DNA of 19,461 nucleotides from Gemmatimonadaceae bacterium (lineage in GTDB: Bacteria > Gemmatimonadota > Gemmatimonadetes > Gemmatimonadales > Gemmatimonadaceae). A program made the position numbers and the translations under genes. Within the stretch, counting starts at the first letter, position 1. Each line of letters starts with the position of its first letter. The notes below the pieces were generated by a model, which searched no databases, was not told the origin of the DNA, and saw only the letters and a list, made by a program, of their open reading frames with translations. Of this stretch, positions 6,856-15,927 are shown piece by piece. The stretch lies in contig JBGAJQ010000046.1 of NCBI GenBank assembly GCA_044224875.1, positions 21,689-41,149 of the forward strand, in the 5' to 3' direction.

Positions 6856-8964
6856 ATGAAGGAGTATCGGGCGGCTGACATCAGAAACGTTGCGGTGGTC
6901 GGACACGGCGCCAGTGGCAAGACCTCATTGGTCGATGCCATGGCCTTCGTGTCCGGCTCGAGTAAGCGACATGGTTCCATCAAAGAGGGAACCACGCTCA
7001 CAGATTACACGCCAGAAGAGACCGAGCGCGGATACTCGATCAATCTGGGTTGTGCCTATGCGGAGTGGGCCGATGTAAAGCTCAACCTGATTGACACGCC
7101 CGGATACCTCGACTTTCAGGGGGACGCGGTGGCCGGCCTCTCGGCGGCCGACGGGGCACTCTGCGTCGTATCGGCGACGGCCGGCGTCGAAGTCGGAACC
7201 GAGAAGATGTTCCGACGTGCGGTCGAATGGCGCGACCCTGTGTTGTTCGTTGTGTCCATGATGGACAAGGAGCACGCGAACTTCGACCGCATCTACTCGC
7301 AGATCAAGGATCGCCTGACGTCCAAAGTCATCCCGGTAGAGATTCCCATCGGTGAGGGTCATGAGTTCCGGGGTGTGATCAACCTCTTTGCCAAGAAGGC
7401 ATACCTCTACAAGCCGGGCGTGAAGACCGGCGAGTACACAGAGGTCGACATTCCTGCGGAGGAGAAGGGGCGATTCGACAAGTACTACGGTGAGCTGATC
7501 GAGGCCATCTCAGCCACGGATGACGCGATGCTGGAGCGATATCTGGAGGGCAATGAGATCGGTCGCGACGAGGCGATCCACGGCATGAAGGAAGCGATGA
7601 AGCGTGGAGACTTGTATCCGCTCTTCGTCGTATCGTCCGAGATGATGATCGGGATCGGCGCGTTGCTCACCGAGGTGGTGCAGCTGATGCCGTCGGCGTA
7701 CGAAATGGAAGAGATCCACGCGTTCAAGGGCGCCGAGGGCGACCACACCGTCGAGATCCATGCCTTGGATCAGAACCCCTTTGCGGCGCTAGTCTTCAAG
7801 ACGATGTCGGAGCCGCATGTCGGCGAAGTTTCCTTCTTCCGCGTGTTCTCGGGGACGGTCAACAACGGCGGCGAGGTGTACAACGCCACCCGTGACGGCG
7901 TTGAGAAGATGGGGCACCTGTGTGTGTCGCAGGGGAAGGAGCGCCTCGAGGTGCCGATCCTGCATGCCGGCGACATCGGCTGCGTGGCGAAGCTGCGGAA
8001 CACGCACACCAACGACACGTTGTCCATGAAGGACCACCCCGTTCGGCTCCCACAGATACCGTTTCCGGAGCCGGTGGTGGAGTTCTCCGTCCACGCAACC
8101 GCTCGGCACGACGAAGAGAAGGTCCAACAGGGCCTGCATCGGCTGCACGACGAGGACCCAACGTTCGAGACGCACTACAACGCTGAGACACACCAGACGC
8201 TGATGTCTGGTCTTGGGGAGCGGCACATTGACGTCGCCATGGCCAAGCTCAAACGGAAGTTCGGCGTCGGTGTTGAGATTGCGCGTCCCAAGATTGCCTA
8301 TCGAGAGACCATCACCGGCAAGGGTGAAGGGCAGGGACGTCACAAGAAGCAGTCCGGCGGGCGCGGTCAGTTTGGTGATTGCTGGGTGCGCATGAAGCCG
8401 CGTGGCGCGGGCGCTGGTTATTCGTTCGTCGACTCGATCGTCGGTGGCGTGATCCCGTCCGGGTTCCGTCCAGCGGTGGACAAGGGTGTGCAGGAGGCGT
8501 CGGCTCGCGGGATCCTGGCAGGCTACCCCATGGTCGACTTTGAAGTGGAGTTGTTCGACGGTTCGTACCACTCCGTGGACTCGAACGAAATGTCGTTCAA
8601 GATGGCTGGCATTCTTGCCTTCAAGACGGTGGCTCCAAAGTGCAGGCCTGTCTTGTTGGAGCCGCTGGATGTGGTGGAGGTCACCACGCCGGACGAGTAC
8701 CTGGGCGACGTGATGGGCGATCTGTCATCGCGGCGCGGGCAGATCCTTGGGAGCGAGAGTGTCGACGGCGTCGGCACCAAGGTCAAGGCGCACGTTCCGC
8801 AGGCATCGTTGCACCTGTACGCGACAGACCTCAGCTCACGGACCCACGGGCGTGCCACCTTCCAGCGGAAGTTGTATCGCTACGAGCAGATGCCACCCGA
8901 CGCCGCCAAGAAGGTGATCGAGGAGGCCGCGAAGGAGAAGAAGGAGGAAGCTGAGGAAGAGTAG
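6856..8964 (+). CDS. fusA: Elongation factor G paralogue (EF-G II / EF-G2 type), 702 aa
   Basis: All five EF-G domains are recognisable (IRNVAVVGH, DTPG, GLGERHI, AYRETI, KKQSGGRGQFG, DGSYHSVDS, LLEP, GDVMGDLSSRRG). G motifs are divergent and the gene is not in the rpsL-rpsG-fusA-tuf operon. Start set to ATG 6856 (GAGG upstream) because the 6331 extension overlaps another gene and a terminator. Confidence 0.95.
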   Translation: MKEYRAADIRNVAVVGHGASGKTSLVDAMAFVSGSSKRHGSIKEGTTLTDYTPEETERGYSINLGCAYAEWADVKLNLIDTPGYLDFQGDAVAGLSAADGALCVVSATAGVEVGTEKMFRRAVEWRDPVLFVVSMMDKEHANFDRIYSQIKDRLTSKVIPVEIPIGEGHEFRGVINLFAKKAYLYKPGVKTGEYTEVDIPAEEKGRFDKYYGELIEAISATDDAMLERYLEGNEIGRDEAIHGMKEAMKRGDLYPLFVVSSEMMIGIGALLTEVVQLMPSAYEMEEIHAFKGAEGDHTVEIHALDQNPFAALVFKTMSEPHVGEVSFFRVFSGTVNNGGEVYNATRDGVEKMGHLCVSQGKERLEVPILHAGDIGCVAKLRNTHTNDTLSMKDHPVRLPQIPFPEPVVEFSVHATARHDEEKVQQGLHRLHDEDPTFETHYNAETHQTLMSGLGERHIDVAMAKLKRKFGVGVEIARPKIAYRETITGKGEGQGRHKKQSGGRGQFGDCWVRMKPRGAGAGYSFVDSIVGGVIPSGFRPAVDKGVQEASARGILAGYPMVDFEVELFDGSYHSVDSNEMSFKMAGILAFKTVAPKCRPVLLEPLDVVEVTTPDEYLGDVMGDLSSRRGQILGSESVDGVGTKVKAHVPQASLHLYATDLSSRTHGRATFQRKLYRYEQMPPDAAKKVIEEAAKEKKEEAEEE

Positions 8965-8992
8965 GGTCCTGAAAAGGGCTTACCTCAGGTGA

Positions 8993-9027
8993 TCGAAGGG
9001 GCGGCATCGGCGATGTCGCCCCTTCGA
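8993..9027. terminator. Hairpin (likely bidirectional terminator) between convergent genes
   Basis: TCGAAGGGGCGGCATC-GGC-GATGTCGCCCCTTCGA, 16-bp stem with one G-U. Confidence 0.7.
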
Positions 9028-9093
9028 CTACCTAACGATTCTTCGTCATGCTGGCTTGGCGAGCGAATATTGCCCGCGTTAGGTCCTATGATC

Positions 9094-11121
9094 CTAGGTT
9101 CCTTTCACGAACGTCGCCCCGACACCCACTGCGTAGATCGCGCCTTGAGGATCACCGTGGAGCTGGATCAGCAGGCGAATGGTCGGGGAGGTGATCGCGG
9201 TCCACGCCGATCCATCGAAGTGCAGGATGCGGCCATCCTCACCGGCGGCGTACACGTCAGTGGGCCCGGTGCCCCAGATCGACCGGATCGCCTTGGTTGC
9301 CGGGTTCTCCATGGCGTACCATCGCAGCCCGTCATACCGAAGGATGGTGCCCCCCTCGCCAACCACGAATACGTTCGTTGGCCCCGTGCCCCACACCCCG
9401 CGTAGCAGCTGCCGGGTAGGCGTTGGCATCGGCGACCATTGTACGCCGTCATATCGGATCACCAGTCCCGAGTCGCCAACGGCGAACACGTTCGTGGGGC
9501 TGGTCCCCCACACATGTCGCAGGAATGCGGACGTCCCGCTGTTCAACACCTGCCATCCGCCTCCGCTCGACGTGAGAATTGTCCCGCGGTCTCCCACGAT
9601 GAACGCTTGTGATGGGCTCGCGTACCAGATGCTGCGCAAGAGTACGTTCCGAGGGCTGGGCTCGCTGGTCCATCGGGTACCGTTGAAGCGCAGGATCGTG
9701 CCGGTGTCGCCGACCGCTACGATGTCGGTCGCGCTGGCACCGGCAATGCCGTACAGAGGATGCGACGGCGGGCTTTCCATCACGGCCCACCCGGTGTCCG
9801 CCCGTTGGTAGATCACGCCGCCAGCCCCAACGGCGTAGTGCGTCCCGTCTCCTGGTCCCCACACAGCGGTCAGCGTTGGCGCGCCCACCTCGATCCGCCA
9901 CTGGTTGCCCTTCCCACGCACCACGGTGCCGTCCCATCCGGCCACCACCACACCCCCCTGATTGTCACCCCACACGGCCCGCAGGTTCTCACCACTCCCC
10001 GATGACACCACGCTCAGCCAGCTCGAACCATCGTAGCGCACCACATCGCCAGTGTTGCCCACGGCGTAGATCTCGTTCGCCGAACGCCCCCAGATCGCAA
10101 ACAGGTTGCGCGCGGTGGGGGCGGGCTGCCGCGTCCAGGTGATACCGTCGTAGTGCAGCATCAACCCGTTGATGCCAACGATCCAGATGTCTTGCGGCCC
10201 ACTTCCCCAGATCCCGAACAACGGCAAGGTGGTGGGCGATGGCACTTCACTCCAGGCGGTGCCGTCGTAGTGCACGATCACGCCATTCTGCCCAGTGGCC
10301 CACACGTTGTTTGGGCTGCTCCCCCAGATGCCCCACAGCTCCCACCCGCGCGCCGAAGAAATCGCCTGCCAAGACGTCCCGTTGAACAACAGCACCGTGC
10401 CATCCGTCCCCGAGGCGTAGATCTCGTTAGGCCCTCGCCCCCACACCTCCAGCAGCGTGACCGTGGTCGGCGAAACCATCTGCGTCCAACTGGTGCCATC
10501 GTAGTGGAAGATCACGCCGCCAGAACCAACCGTGTACACGTTCGTTGCGCTGGATCCCCAAACACCAACTAGCGCCTCCTGCGTGTTCACCTGGGTCAGG
10601 TGCCACGCCCCACCACCGGTGCTCTGCAGCACCACCCCGTTCTGTCCTACAGCAAACGCCGTCGCCGAGTTGGCGTCCGCCCACGCACCGAGTAACGAGG
10701 CGTCCGTGGATCCCTGGCGCTCGACGCTGAACGACGCTAATCGGCCCACCGACGACACGACCGTCACGTCCGTGGACACATGGATGGCCCCACCCGTGGT
10801 GGTGATTCGCGCTGCTCCCGGTGCCACGGCGTGAATCGTCCCGTCCGTTCCCACCGTGGCCACCGCCAGGTTCGACGACGTGAACGTCAGCTTGGGATCC
10901 GTCACCTCGCCGCCCAATGAGTCATGGGCGAGCGGATGCAGCGCGAGGCTCCCGCCCGGCCGAAGCCAGGCGGTAGCGGGGATCACCTCCAGCGCGCCGA
11001 TCGACGGCGCAGGCGTTGGCGGTGGGGTGAGTTTATCGCTCGAGCACGCAGCGAGCGCGCCAAGCAGCACTCCCGCTGCGCGCTCCAGCCATCGGATTGA
11101 AAATCGAAGACGCAAAGTCAC
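9094..11121 (-). CDS. Lipoprotein with Ig-like (Big_2) domain and 14 ~39-aa WG repeats (double beta-propeller)
   Basis: Lipobox LAAC; Big_2 motif FTSSNLAVATVGTDGTIHAVAPGAARIT; repeats L.GVWG.GP..VYAVG..G.ILHYDG..W. GTG 11121 chosen for signal-peptide length; start uncertain. Confidence 0.85.
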   Translation of the reverse strand: MTLRLRFSIRWLERAAGVLLGALAACSSDKLTPPPTPAPSIGALEVIPATAWLRPGGSLALHPLAHDSLGGEVTDPKLTFTSSNLAVATVGTDGTIHAVAPGAARITTTGGAIHVSTDVTVVSSVGRLASFSVERQGSTDASLLGAWADANSATAFAVGQNGVVLQSTGGGAWHLTQVNTQEALVGVWGSSATNVYTVGSGGVIFHYDGTSWTQMVSPTTVTLLEVWGRGPNEIYASGTDGTVLLFNGTSWQAISSARGWELWGIWGSSPNNVWATGQNGVIVHYDGTAWSEVPSPTTLPLFGIWGSGPQDIWIVGINGLMLHYDGITWTRQPAPTARNLFAIWGRSANEIYAVGNTGDVVRYDGSSWLSVVSSGSGENLRAVWGDNQGGVVVAGWDGTVVRGKGNQWRIEVGAPTLTAVWGPGDGTHYAVGAGGVIYQRADTGWAVMESPPSHPLYGIAGASATDIVAVGDTGTILRFNGTRWTSEPSPRNVLLRSIWYASPSQAFIVGDRGTILTSSGGGWQVLNSGTSAFLRHVWGTSPTNVFAVGDSGLVIRYDGVQWSPMPTPTRQLLRGVWGTGPTNVFVVGEGGTILRYDGLRWYAMENPATKAIRSIWGTGPTDVYAAGEDGRILHFDGSAWTAITSPTIRLLIQLHGDPQGAIYAVGVGATFVKGT

Positions 11122-11329
11122 CCGTGAAGAATGTCGCCGTGCCACACACCTGCAGTAGTGCTGGGCGGTGTCATCCGAGCACGACACCTACGGCAGAGCG
11201 CTACCCCTCCGGCGTCGCCTCCGATCCCATGGGTGAGTTACATCACGCGCGTGGTGCTCGACGTACACTCTCGGTTTCACAGCCGGGAGACCCGCGCACT
11301 GAGAGCGTTCGCCGCATCGGCAGGCGCCA

Positions 11330-11356
11330 CCAATCCGACTCCAGCTGGCCGGCGTA
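11330..11356 (+). promoter_or_regulatory. Putative ECF sigma promoter (SigK/RpoT-like ATCC...CGTA type)
   Basis: CCAATCC-N16-CGTA, about 40 nt upstream of the cupredoxin ATG. Confidence 0.4.
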
Positions 11357-11397
11357 GTCCATTCGAAGTCGCCACGAAACGCTCAAACCGCACACCG

Positions 11398-11736
11398 ATG
11401 CGCTTTCCAATTCTTTTCGCCCTCACTGGTGCCGTCCCGCTGATGCGGCCGTTCCCGCACGCGACGAGCGAACCCACGGTGGTGGAGATCAAGACCTTTC
11501 AATTCGCACCAGACACGGTGCGCGTGAAGGTGGGAGCCAAGGTGACGTTTGCCAATCGCGACGACATCGAACACACGGTGACCGCTGGGACACCGGAGGC
11601 TCGCAACCCGGCGTTCAACAAGACGCTGAATGCCAAGGGTGTGAGCGTTGAGGTCACGTTCGACCGGCCCGGCACCTACGCCTACTTCTGCGACCGCCAT
11701 CAGTTCATGCGCGGCGCAATCACTGTCACTCGTTAG
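11398..11736 (+). CDS. Secreted cupredoxin (plastocyanin/amicyanin-like blue copper protein)
   Basis: FAPDTVRVKVGAKVTFANRDDIEHTVT...PGTYAYFCDRHQFMRGAITV gives the type-1 Cu ligands His, Cys, His, Met; hydrophobic N-terminus. Confidence 0.9.
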   Translation: MRFPILFALTGAVPLMRPFPHATSEPTVVEIKTFQFAPDTVRVKVGAKVTFANRDDIEHTVTAGTPEARNPAFNKTLNAKGVSVEVTFDRPGTYAYFCDRHQFMRGAITVTR

Positions 11737-11746
11737 GAGATCTCCC

Positions 11747-12391
11747 ATGATTCGCTTCATCCGTCGGGCGGCACTGGCCGCCATTGTCCTGTCGCCAATT
11801 GGCGTTCAGGCGCAGGGTATGGAAATGTCCCACGCCTCCAATGCCACCATGTCCGCCTCCACGCTGCGCGTGAAGCTGTCGACCCTGCTGCAGGAACATG
11901 CCCTGCTAGCGGCCAGCGCCACCGGCGCCGCCCTTGGTGGACGGAACACCGAGTTCGATGCGGCGGCCGCGGCCCTCGACATGAACAGCATCGACATCTC
12001 GAAGGCGATCGGATCCGTCTATGGCGCGGGCGCCGAGCAGGCGTTCCTTGCCCTGTGGCGTAAGCACATTGGTTTCTTCGTTGACTACACGGTCGGCGTG
12101 GCCACCAAGGACAAGGCGAAATCCGACAAGGCCGTGACTGACCTCGTCGGCTACACGCAGGACTTCGGCGCCTTCCTGGCGGCGGCAAATCCAAATCTGC
12201 CGAAAGATGCAGTCGCCGGTCTGGTGAAGACGCACGTGCTGACGCTCAAGGACGTCGTGGACGCCCAGGCCACCGGCGACACCAAGAAGGCCTACATGGC
12301 TGTGCGTGCCGCCGGCATGCACATGCAGATGATCGCCGATCCGCTCACCGACGCGATTGCCAAGCAGTTCCCCGGGAAGTTCGCCAACTAG
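11747..12391 (+). CDS. Secreted helical His-containing protein (family often loosely annotated copper amine oxidase-associated)
   Basis: AGGAG RBS; signal peptide ending VQA-QG; motifs LRVKLSTLLQEHALLA, FLALWRKHIGFFVDY, LVKTHVLTL, GMHMQMIAD. Confidence 0.8.
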   Translation: MIRFIRRAALAAIVLSPIGVQAQGMEMSHASNATMSASTLRVKLSTLLQEHALLAASATGAALGGRNTEFDAAAAALDMNSIDISKAIGSVYGAGAEQAFLALWRKHIGFFVDYTVGVATKDKAKSDKAVTDLVGYTQDFGAFLAAANPNLPKDAVAGLVKTHVLTLKDVVDAQATGDTKKAYMAVRAAGMHMQMIADPLTDAIAKQFPGKFAN

Positions 12392-12408
12392 GCAGCTCCA
12401 CAAATACC

Positions 12409-12438
12409 GATGGGCGGCGCCGTGAGGCGCCGCCCATC
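12409..12438. terminator. Hairpin (likely bidirectional terminator) between convergent genes
   Basis: GATGGGCGGCGCC-GTGA-GGCGCCGCCCATC, perfect 13-bp stem with GNRA loop. Confidence 0.75.
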
Positions 12439-12487
12439 TGGTCTTCGAGCAAGTCGCGGCGACGTGCCGGCTACTAACGTCCCGCGG

Positions 12488-12919
12488 CTACTGCGACGCC
12501 CGCTCGCCGCTGCGTTGCGGCAGTGACGTCTTCGCCGTGACCACGACGATGGCGCCCGCCGGATAGCCCGAACCGAACTTCACCTGCGCCTCCGATGCGC
12601 TCAGGTATCGGATTTCGAACACGGTGTTGAGCGCGATGTCACGTAGCACGCTGATGTCGCCGAGTGGGCGTTCATCGAGAATGACGATCGGCGTGCGCGA
12701 CTCAGGGCGCAGGATGCTGGTGCGACCACGGTCCTTGAAGAATTGCGGCCGCAAGCGCTGGATTGCCTCGTACGCGGTCGGCGCGGTGCTCCGCGACAAC
12801 TCCGCGCGCGTAATGACGTCGCTCGACGAACTGGCGGGCGCATTGAGATTGTGCGTGCATCCTGTGATCGCCGTGACGACCACCGCCAAACCACAGGGCG
12901 TCTTCCATCCGGTCTTCAT
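12488..12919 (-). CDS. Small lipoprotein with stand-alone TonB-receptor plug-like domain
   Basis: GGGAG RBS before ATG 12919; lipobox ITGC; VITRAEL...AYEAIQRLRPQF...PIVILDE...EIRYLSASEAQVKFG...GAIVVVT follows the plug-domain pattern. Confidence 0.75.
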   Translation of the reverse strand: MKTGWKTPCGLAVVVTAITGCTHNLNAPASSSSDVITRAELSRSTAPTAYEAIQRLRPQFFKDRGRTSILRPESRTPIVILDERPLGDISVLRDIALNTVFEIRYLSASEAQVKFGSGYPAGAIVVVTAKTSLPQRSGERASQ

Positions 12920-12996
12920 TCGAGGTGCTCCCGAGCGGGGGAAGGCCGCGCCGCGCATCCACGTCTCGCGGTCGCCAAAGGGTGAGCGAGCGCCAC

Positions 12997-13545
12997 TCAC
13001 CCTAATGCGCCGGTCGGCTCCCCCGCAAGCGGAAGATCGGGCAGCGGCGCGCCAAAAATCAGGCGATCCTCCCCCGGGGCGTAGAAGTCACGAATCGTCG
13101 CCAGCAAAGCGTACCCGCACGACAGGTAAAACGCGCGCGTGCCGGCGTAAGCGTCGCTGTCCGACGTCTCGATCACCAGCAGGCGTCCACCGTCACGTGC
13201 GACAGCGTCTTCCACATGTGCGATCAACAGGCGCCCAAGTCCCTGACCCTGCCACGTCGGCGCCACGGCGATCCAATACAGGTCAAACGTGCCGTCGGTT
13301 CCAGGGGTCGGTCCATAACAGGCGCACCCGGCGAGCGTGCCGGACTGTTCCACGGCAATCCAGCGATAATCCGGATCCACCGGCGGGGTCGCACCGTCAC
13401 TCACGCCCAGGTCGAACAACTCCAGGGCAACGGCCACCTCGTTGTCGCGAAATTGCGACTCGGACGCAAGGAGCGCCGCCACCTGCGAACGATCTGCCGG
13501 CGCAAGCGCTCGCACGCGGCGAGTGCCTAACGCCGATTGGCTCAC
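12997..13545 (-). CDS. GNAT-family N-acetyltransferase
   Basis: LYWIAVAPTWQGQGLGRLL (acetyl-CoA motif A), IETS...TRAFYLSCGY, DFYAPGED; GTGA overlap with the upstream gene. Confidence 0.9.
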   Translation of the reverse strand: MSQSALGTRRVRALAPADRSQVAALLASESQFRDNEVAVALELFDLGVSDGATPPVDPDYRWIAVEQSGTLAGCACYGPTPGTDGTFDLYWIAVAPTWQGQGLGRLLIAHVEDAVARDGGRLLVIETSDSDAYAGTRAFYLSCGYALLATIRDFYAPGEDRLIFGAPLPDLPLAGEPTGALG

Positions 13546-14600
13546 TGCTGTCCGACGCGGGAAAAGCGTTCGCGATCTTCGGCGGTGATGGTGGCGCCGG
13601 AAAGCTCCTGTACGCGAAGCCAGCGGGCGTCGTATGACGGACGACTGCGCTCGAGCGCGTGGTCACACACCAAACGAATCAGCCCGGCGTAGTCCAAACC
13701 GGCCACGCGCGCCATCCGTGCCAGTCCTGCGTTGGGTGCGATGTCCGGGTTGGAGTTGACCTCGAGAATCCACGGGCGTCCGAGCCGATCGATACGCATG
13801 TCGACGCGACCGTAGCCTTCTCCCCCGACAAGGCGCCACGCGTCCAGTGCGACGCGGGACACTTCGGCGGCCACTTTCTCCTCCAGTGGGGCGGGGCACT
13901 GTGGTACCGTACCCAGGTCCTCCTCACTCCCCGTTTCCCACTTCGACTTGTACGACACGATCTTCCACAAACCGCGAGGCATGGAGCCGAAGTCGATCTC
14001 CGCCACCGGGAGGACGGTGTCGCCCACCACACCAACGTTGATCTCGCGTCCGTCGATGTACCGTTGGACAAGAATTTCAGGCCACATCTCGTGCATGGCT
14101 CCGACGCGCTCCGCCAGCTGCGCCTTTGTGCGCACGACCGATCGCTGTTCGATGCCAAGCGAAGCGTCTTCGGCCGCCGGTTTGCAGATGGCGGGGAACC
14201 CCACCGACGGCAACGGCTTGCCAATTCGTGCCAGTCCCCACGCCGGCACCGGGAGACCAGCACTCGTCAGCAGCGCGTTGATCACGTGCTTGCGCAGGCA
14301 AACCGACGTGGTGTACGACGACGACCCCGTGTACGGCAGCTGCATCAGCTCCAGGACGCCAATGACCGGCGGTTCGTAGGTCGCCAGGCCGTCGATCCCC
14401 TCGCACAGGTTGAACACCAGGTCAAAATGGGAACGCTTCAGTCGGTCGATCCAGCGCGTGTCAATTCCGACCGGGACGCGCGACGTGGTGTGTCCGTCTT
14501 CGCGCAGGGCGACTTCGATCGCCTCCACGGTTTCGAGAATGAGGAGGTCGGGAACGGCGGCTAACGCCGAGACTCCGTCGAACAAGATACCGATCTTCAT
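13542..14600 (-). CDS. D-Ala-D-Ala-ligase-like ATP-grasp protein (non-canonical), copy 2
   Basis: VFNLCEG, PYTGS, ICKPAAEDASLGI, YIDGRE, GYGRVDMR, LEVNSNP; ATGA overlap with the upstream gene. Confidence 0.9.
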   Translation of the reverse strand: MKIGILFDGVSALAAVPDLLILETVEAIEVALREDGHTTSRVPVGIDTRWIDRLKRSHFDLVFNLCEGIDGLATYEPPVIGVLELMQLPYTGSSSYTTSVCLRKHVINALLTSAGLPVPAWGLARIGKPLPSVGFPAICKPAAEDASLGIEQRSVVRTKAQLAERVGAMHEMWPEILVQRYIDGREINVGVVGDTVLPVAEIDFGSMPRGLWKIVSYKSKWETGSEEDLGTVPQCPAPLEEKVAAEVSRVALDAWRLVGGEGYGRVDMRIDRLGRPWILEVNSNPDIAPNAGLARMARVAGLDYAGLIRLVCDHALERSRPSYDARWLRVQELSGATITAEDRERFSRVGQQ

Positions 14601-15808
14601 GCCGTGCGTGGCTCGAGGTCGCGAAGGTGCATCCCGTGCGGTGGCGTGCGCCGGGAGAGCTTGGAAAACCCGGGATCCCTCGGCAGCGCGAGTCCATGTC
14701 GCCGGGCGGCCAGCAGGAGCACCCGTTGCATCAATTCGTCGTAACCCATGCCACTGGCCCGCGCGGCCATCGGGAAGCAGGAATGGTCATCGGGATTTGG
14801 GGCGATACCGGGAAGCGGGTTCACTTCCACCACGTTAGGCACACCCTTGGCATCCAGCCGCAAGTCGATGCGCGCCCAGTCGCGGCAGCCTAGCGCCGCG
14901 TAGGTTCGAAGTGCCACGTTCTCCAGCGATTCACGCAACCCCTCGTCTATCCGAGCCGGACACTCATAGATCGACAAGGGATTCTCTCGCGTATCCCAGA
15001 TCCACTTCGCCTCAAACCCGAAAATCGGCGGCGCTCCAGTGGGCAGCGCATCGAAGCGCATGCCGATCACGGGAAGCAGGGAGAGGTCGTTCCCGTTTCC
15101 AAGAATGGCACAGGTGAATTCCTCTCCAGGCAGGAACGCTTCCACCAGCACGGGCTCGCGATAGCGCTCGAGCAGGAACGCCGTTTGCTCACGCAGTTCT
15201 TCAAAATTCCGGCAGATCGAGCGCTCGGTGATACCCTTGGACGAGCCCTCGTGTACCGGCTTGACGAATGTCGGAAAGGCGCGCCGTGTGAAGACCTCGA
15301 GCTGTTCCAGCTGGGTCACCCGCGCGAATGGCGGCGTCGGGATGCCGTAGAACGAGAGCGTTTCCTTTGTCCTGGCCTTATCCAGGCACAACGCCAGCGT
15401 GAACGGGTCGCTTCCCGAGTACGGGATGCCGAGGAATTCGAGGATCGCTGGAACGTGCGCCTCTCGATTCGGCCCACGCTTTCCTTCCGCGATGTTGAAC
15501 ACGATGTCTGGCTTGGCCTCGCGGAGCCGCTCGGGAAACTCCTCCGTGGCTTCGAGGTGCACGACCGAGCCCAACTCGCCCAGTGCATCGGCGACGGCAT
15601 CAATGGTCTCCGCCGAATCCCACTCGGCGAATTCGTCGTCGATGTCCGATTCGGCAACAGCCCCGTCGTCTCGCATCTGGGATGCAGGGGCGGAATATGG
15701 CGCCACATGGGGCTCGCGTGTTCCCGATTCATCTCGTGGAGAATCGGCATCGATCGACGGGGCGGTCGATCGCGGCTTCATGTTGTACGCGAAACCGATT
15801 CGCGTCAT
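14597..15808 (-). CDS. D-Ala-D-Ala-ligase-like ATP-grasp protein (non-canonical), copy 1
   Basis: VFNIAEG, PYSGSD, LDKARTK, VKPVHEGSSKGI, FLPGEEF, ARIDLR, EVNPLPG; GGGAG RBS. Confidence 0.9.
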   Translation of the reverse strand: MTRIGFAYNMKPRSTAPSIDADSPRDESGTREPHVAPYSAPASQMRDDGAVAESDIDDEFAEWDSAETIDAVADALGELGSVVHLEATEEFPERLREAKPDIVFNIAEGKRGPNREAHVPAILEFLGIPYSGSDPFTLALCLDKARTKETLSFYGIPTPPFARVTQLEQLEVFTRRAFPTFVKPVHEGSSKGITERSICRNFEELREQTAFLLERYREPVLVEAFLPGEEFTCAILGNGNDLSLLPVIGMRFDALPTGAPPIFGFEAKWIWDTRENPLSIYECPARIDEGLRESLENVALRTYAALGCRDWARIDLRLDAKGVPNVVEVNPLPGIAPNPDDHSCFPMAARASGMGYDELMQRVLLLAARRHGLALPRDPGFSKLSRRTPPHGMHLRDLEPRTA

Positions 15809-15927
15809 CGGGCTCCCGGAAAGCTCGAACTGCGAATCCTGCAGGCACTGCTCAGAGACTTTGTTGGCGCCCCCGCGTCACGCATTCCTCCGCGCAACGA
15901 TCCACACCGCACTTCACAGCGCGCGCA

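Noticed and set aside
9100..10700. Recurring CCCCACAC/CCCCAGAT motifs as a possible CRISPR or DNA repeat array
   Set aside because: They are codons of the protein-level VWG/IWG repeat and are degenerate at the DNA level.
11280..11360. TPP-riboswitch-like fragments (GGGAG, CTGAGA, GCCGGCGTAG)
   Set aside because: Lacks the ACCC, CCUGAU and UAAU core and the terminal GGGA; downstream genes are unrelated to thiamine.
13542..15808. Calling the ligases ddl or vanA-type resistance genes
   Set aside because: Canonical Ddl motifs are missing and there is no mur/fts or vanH/vanX context.
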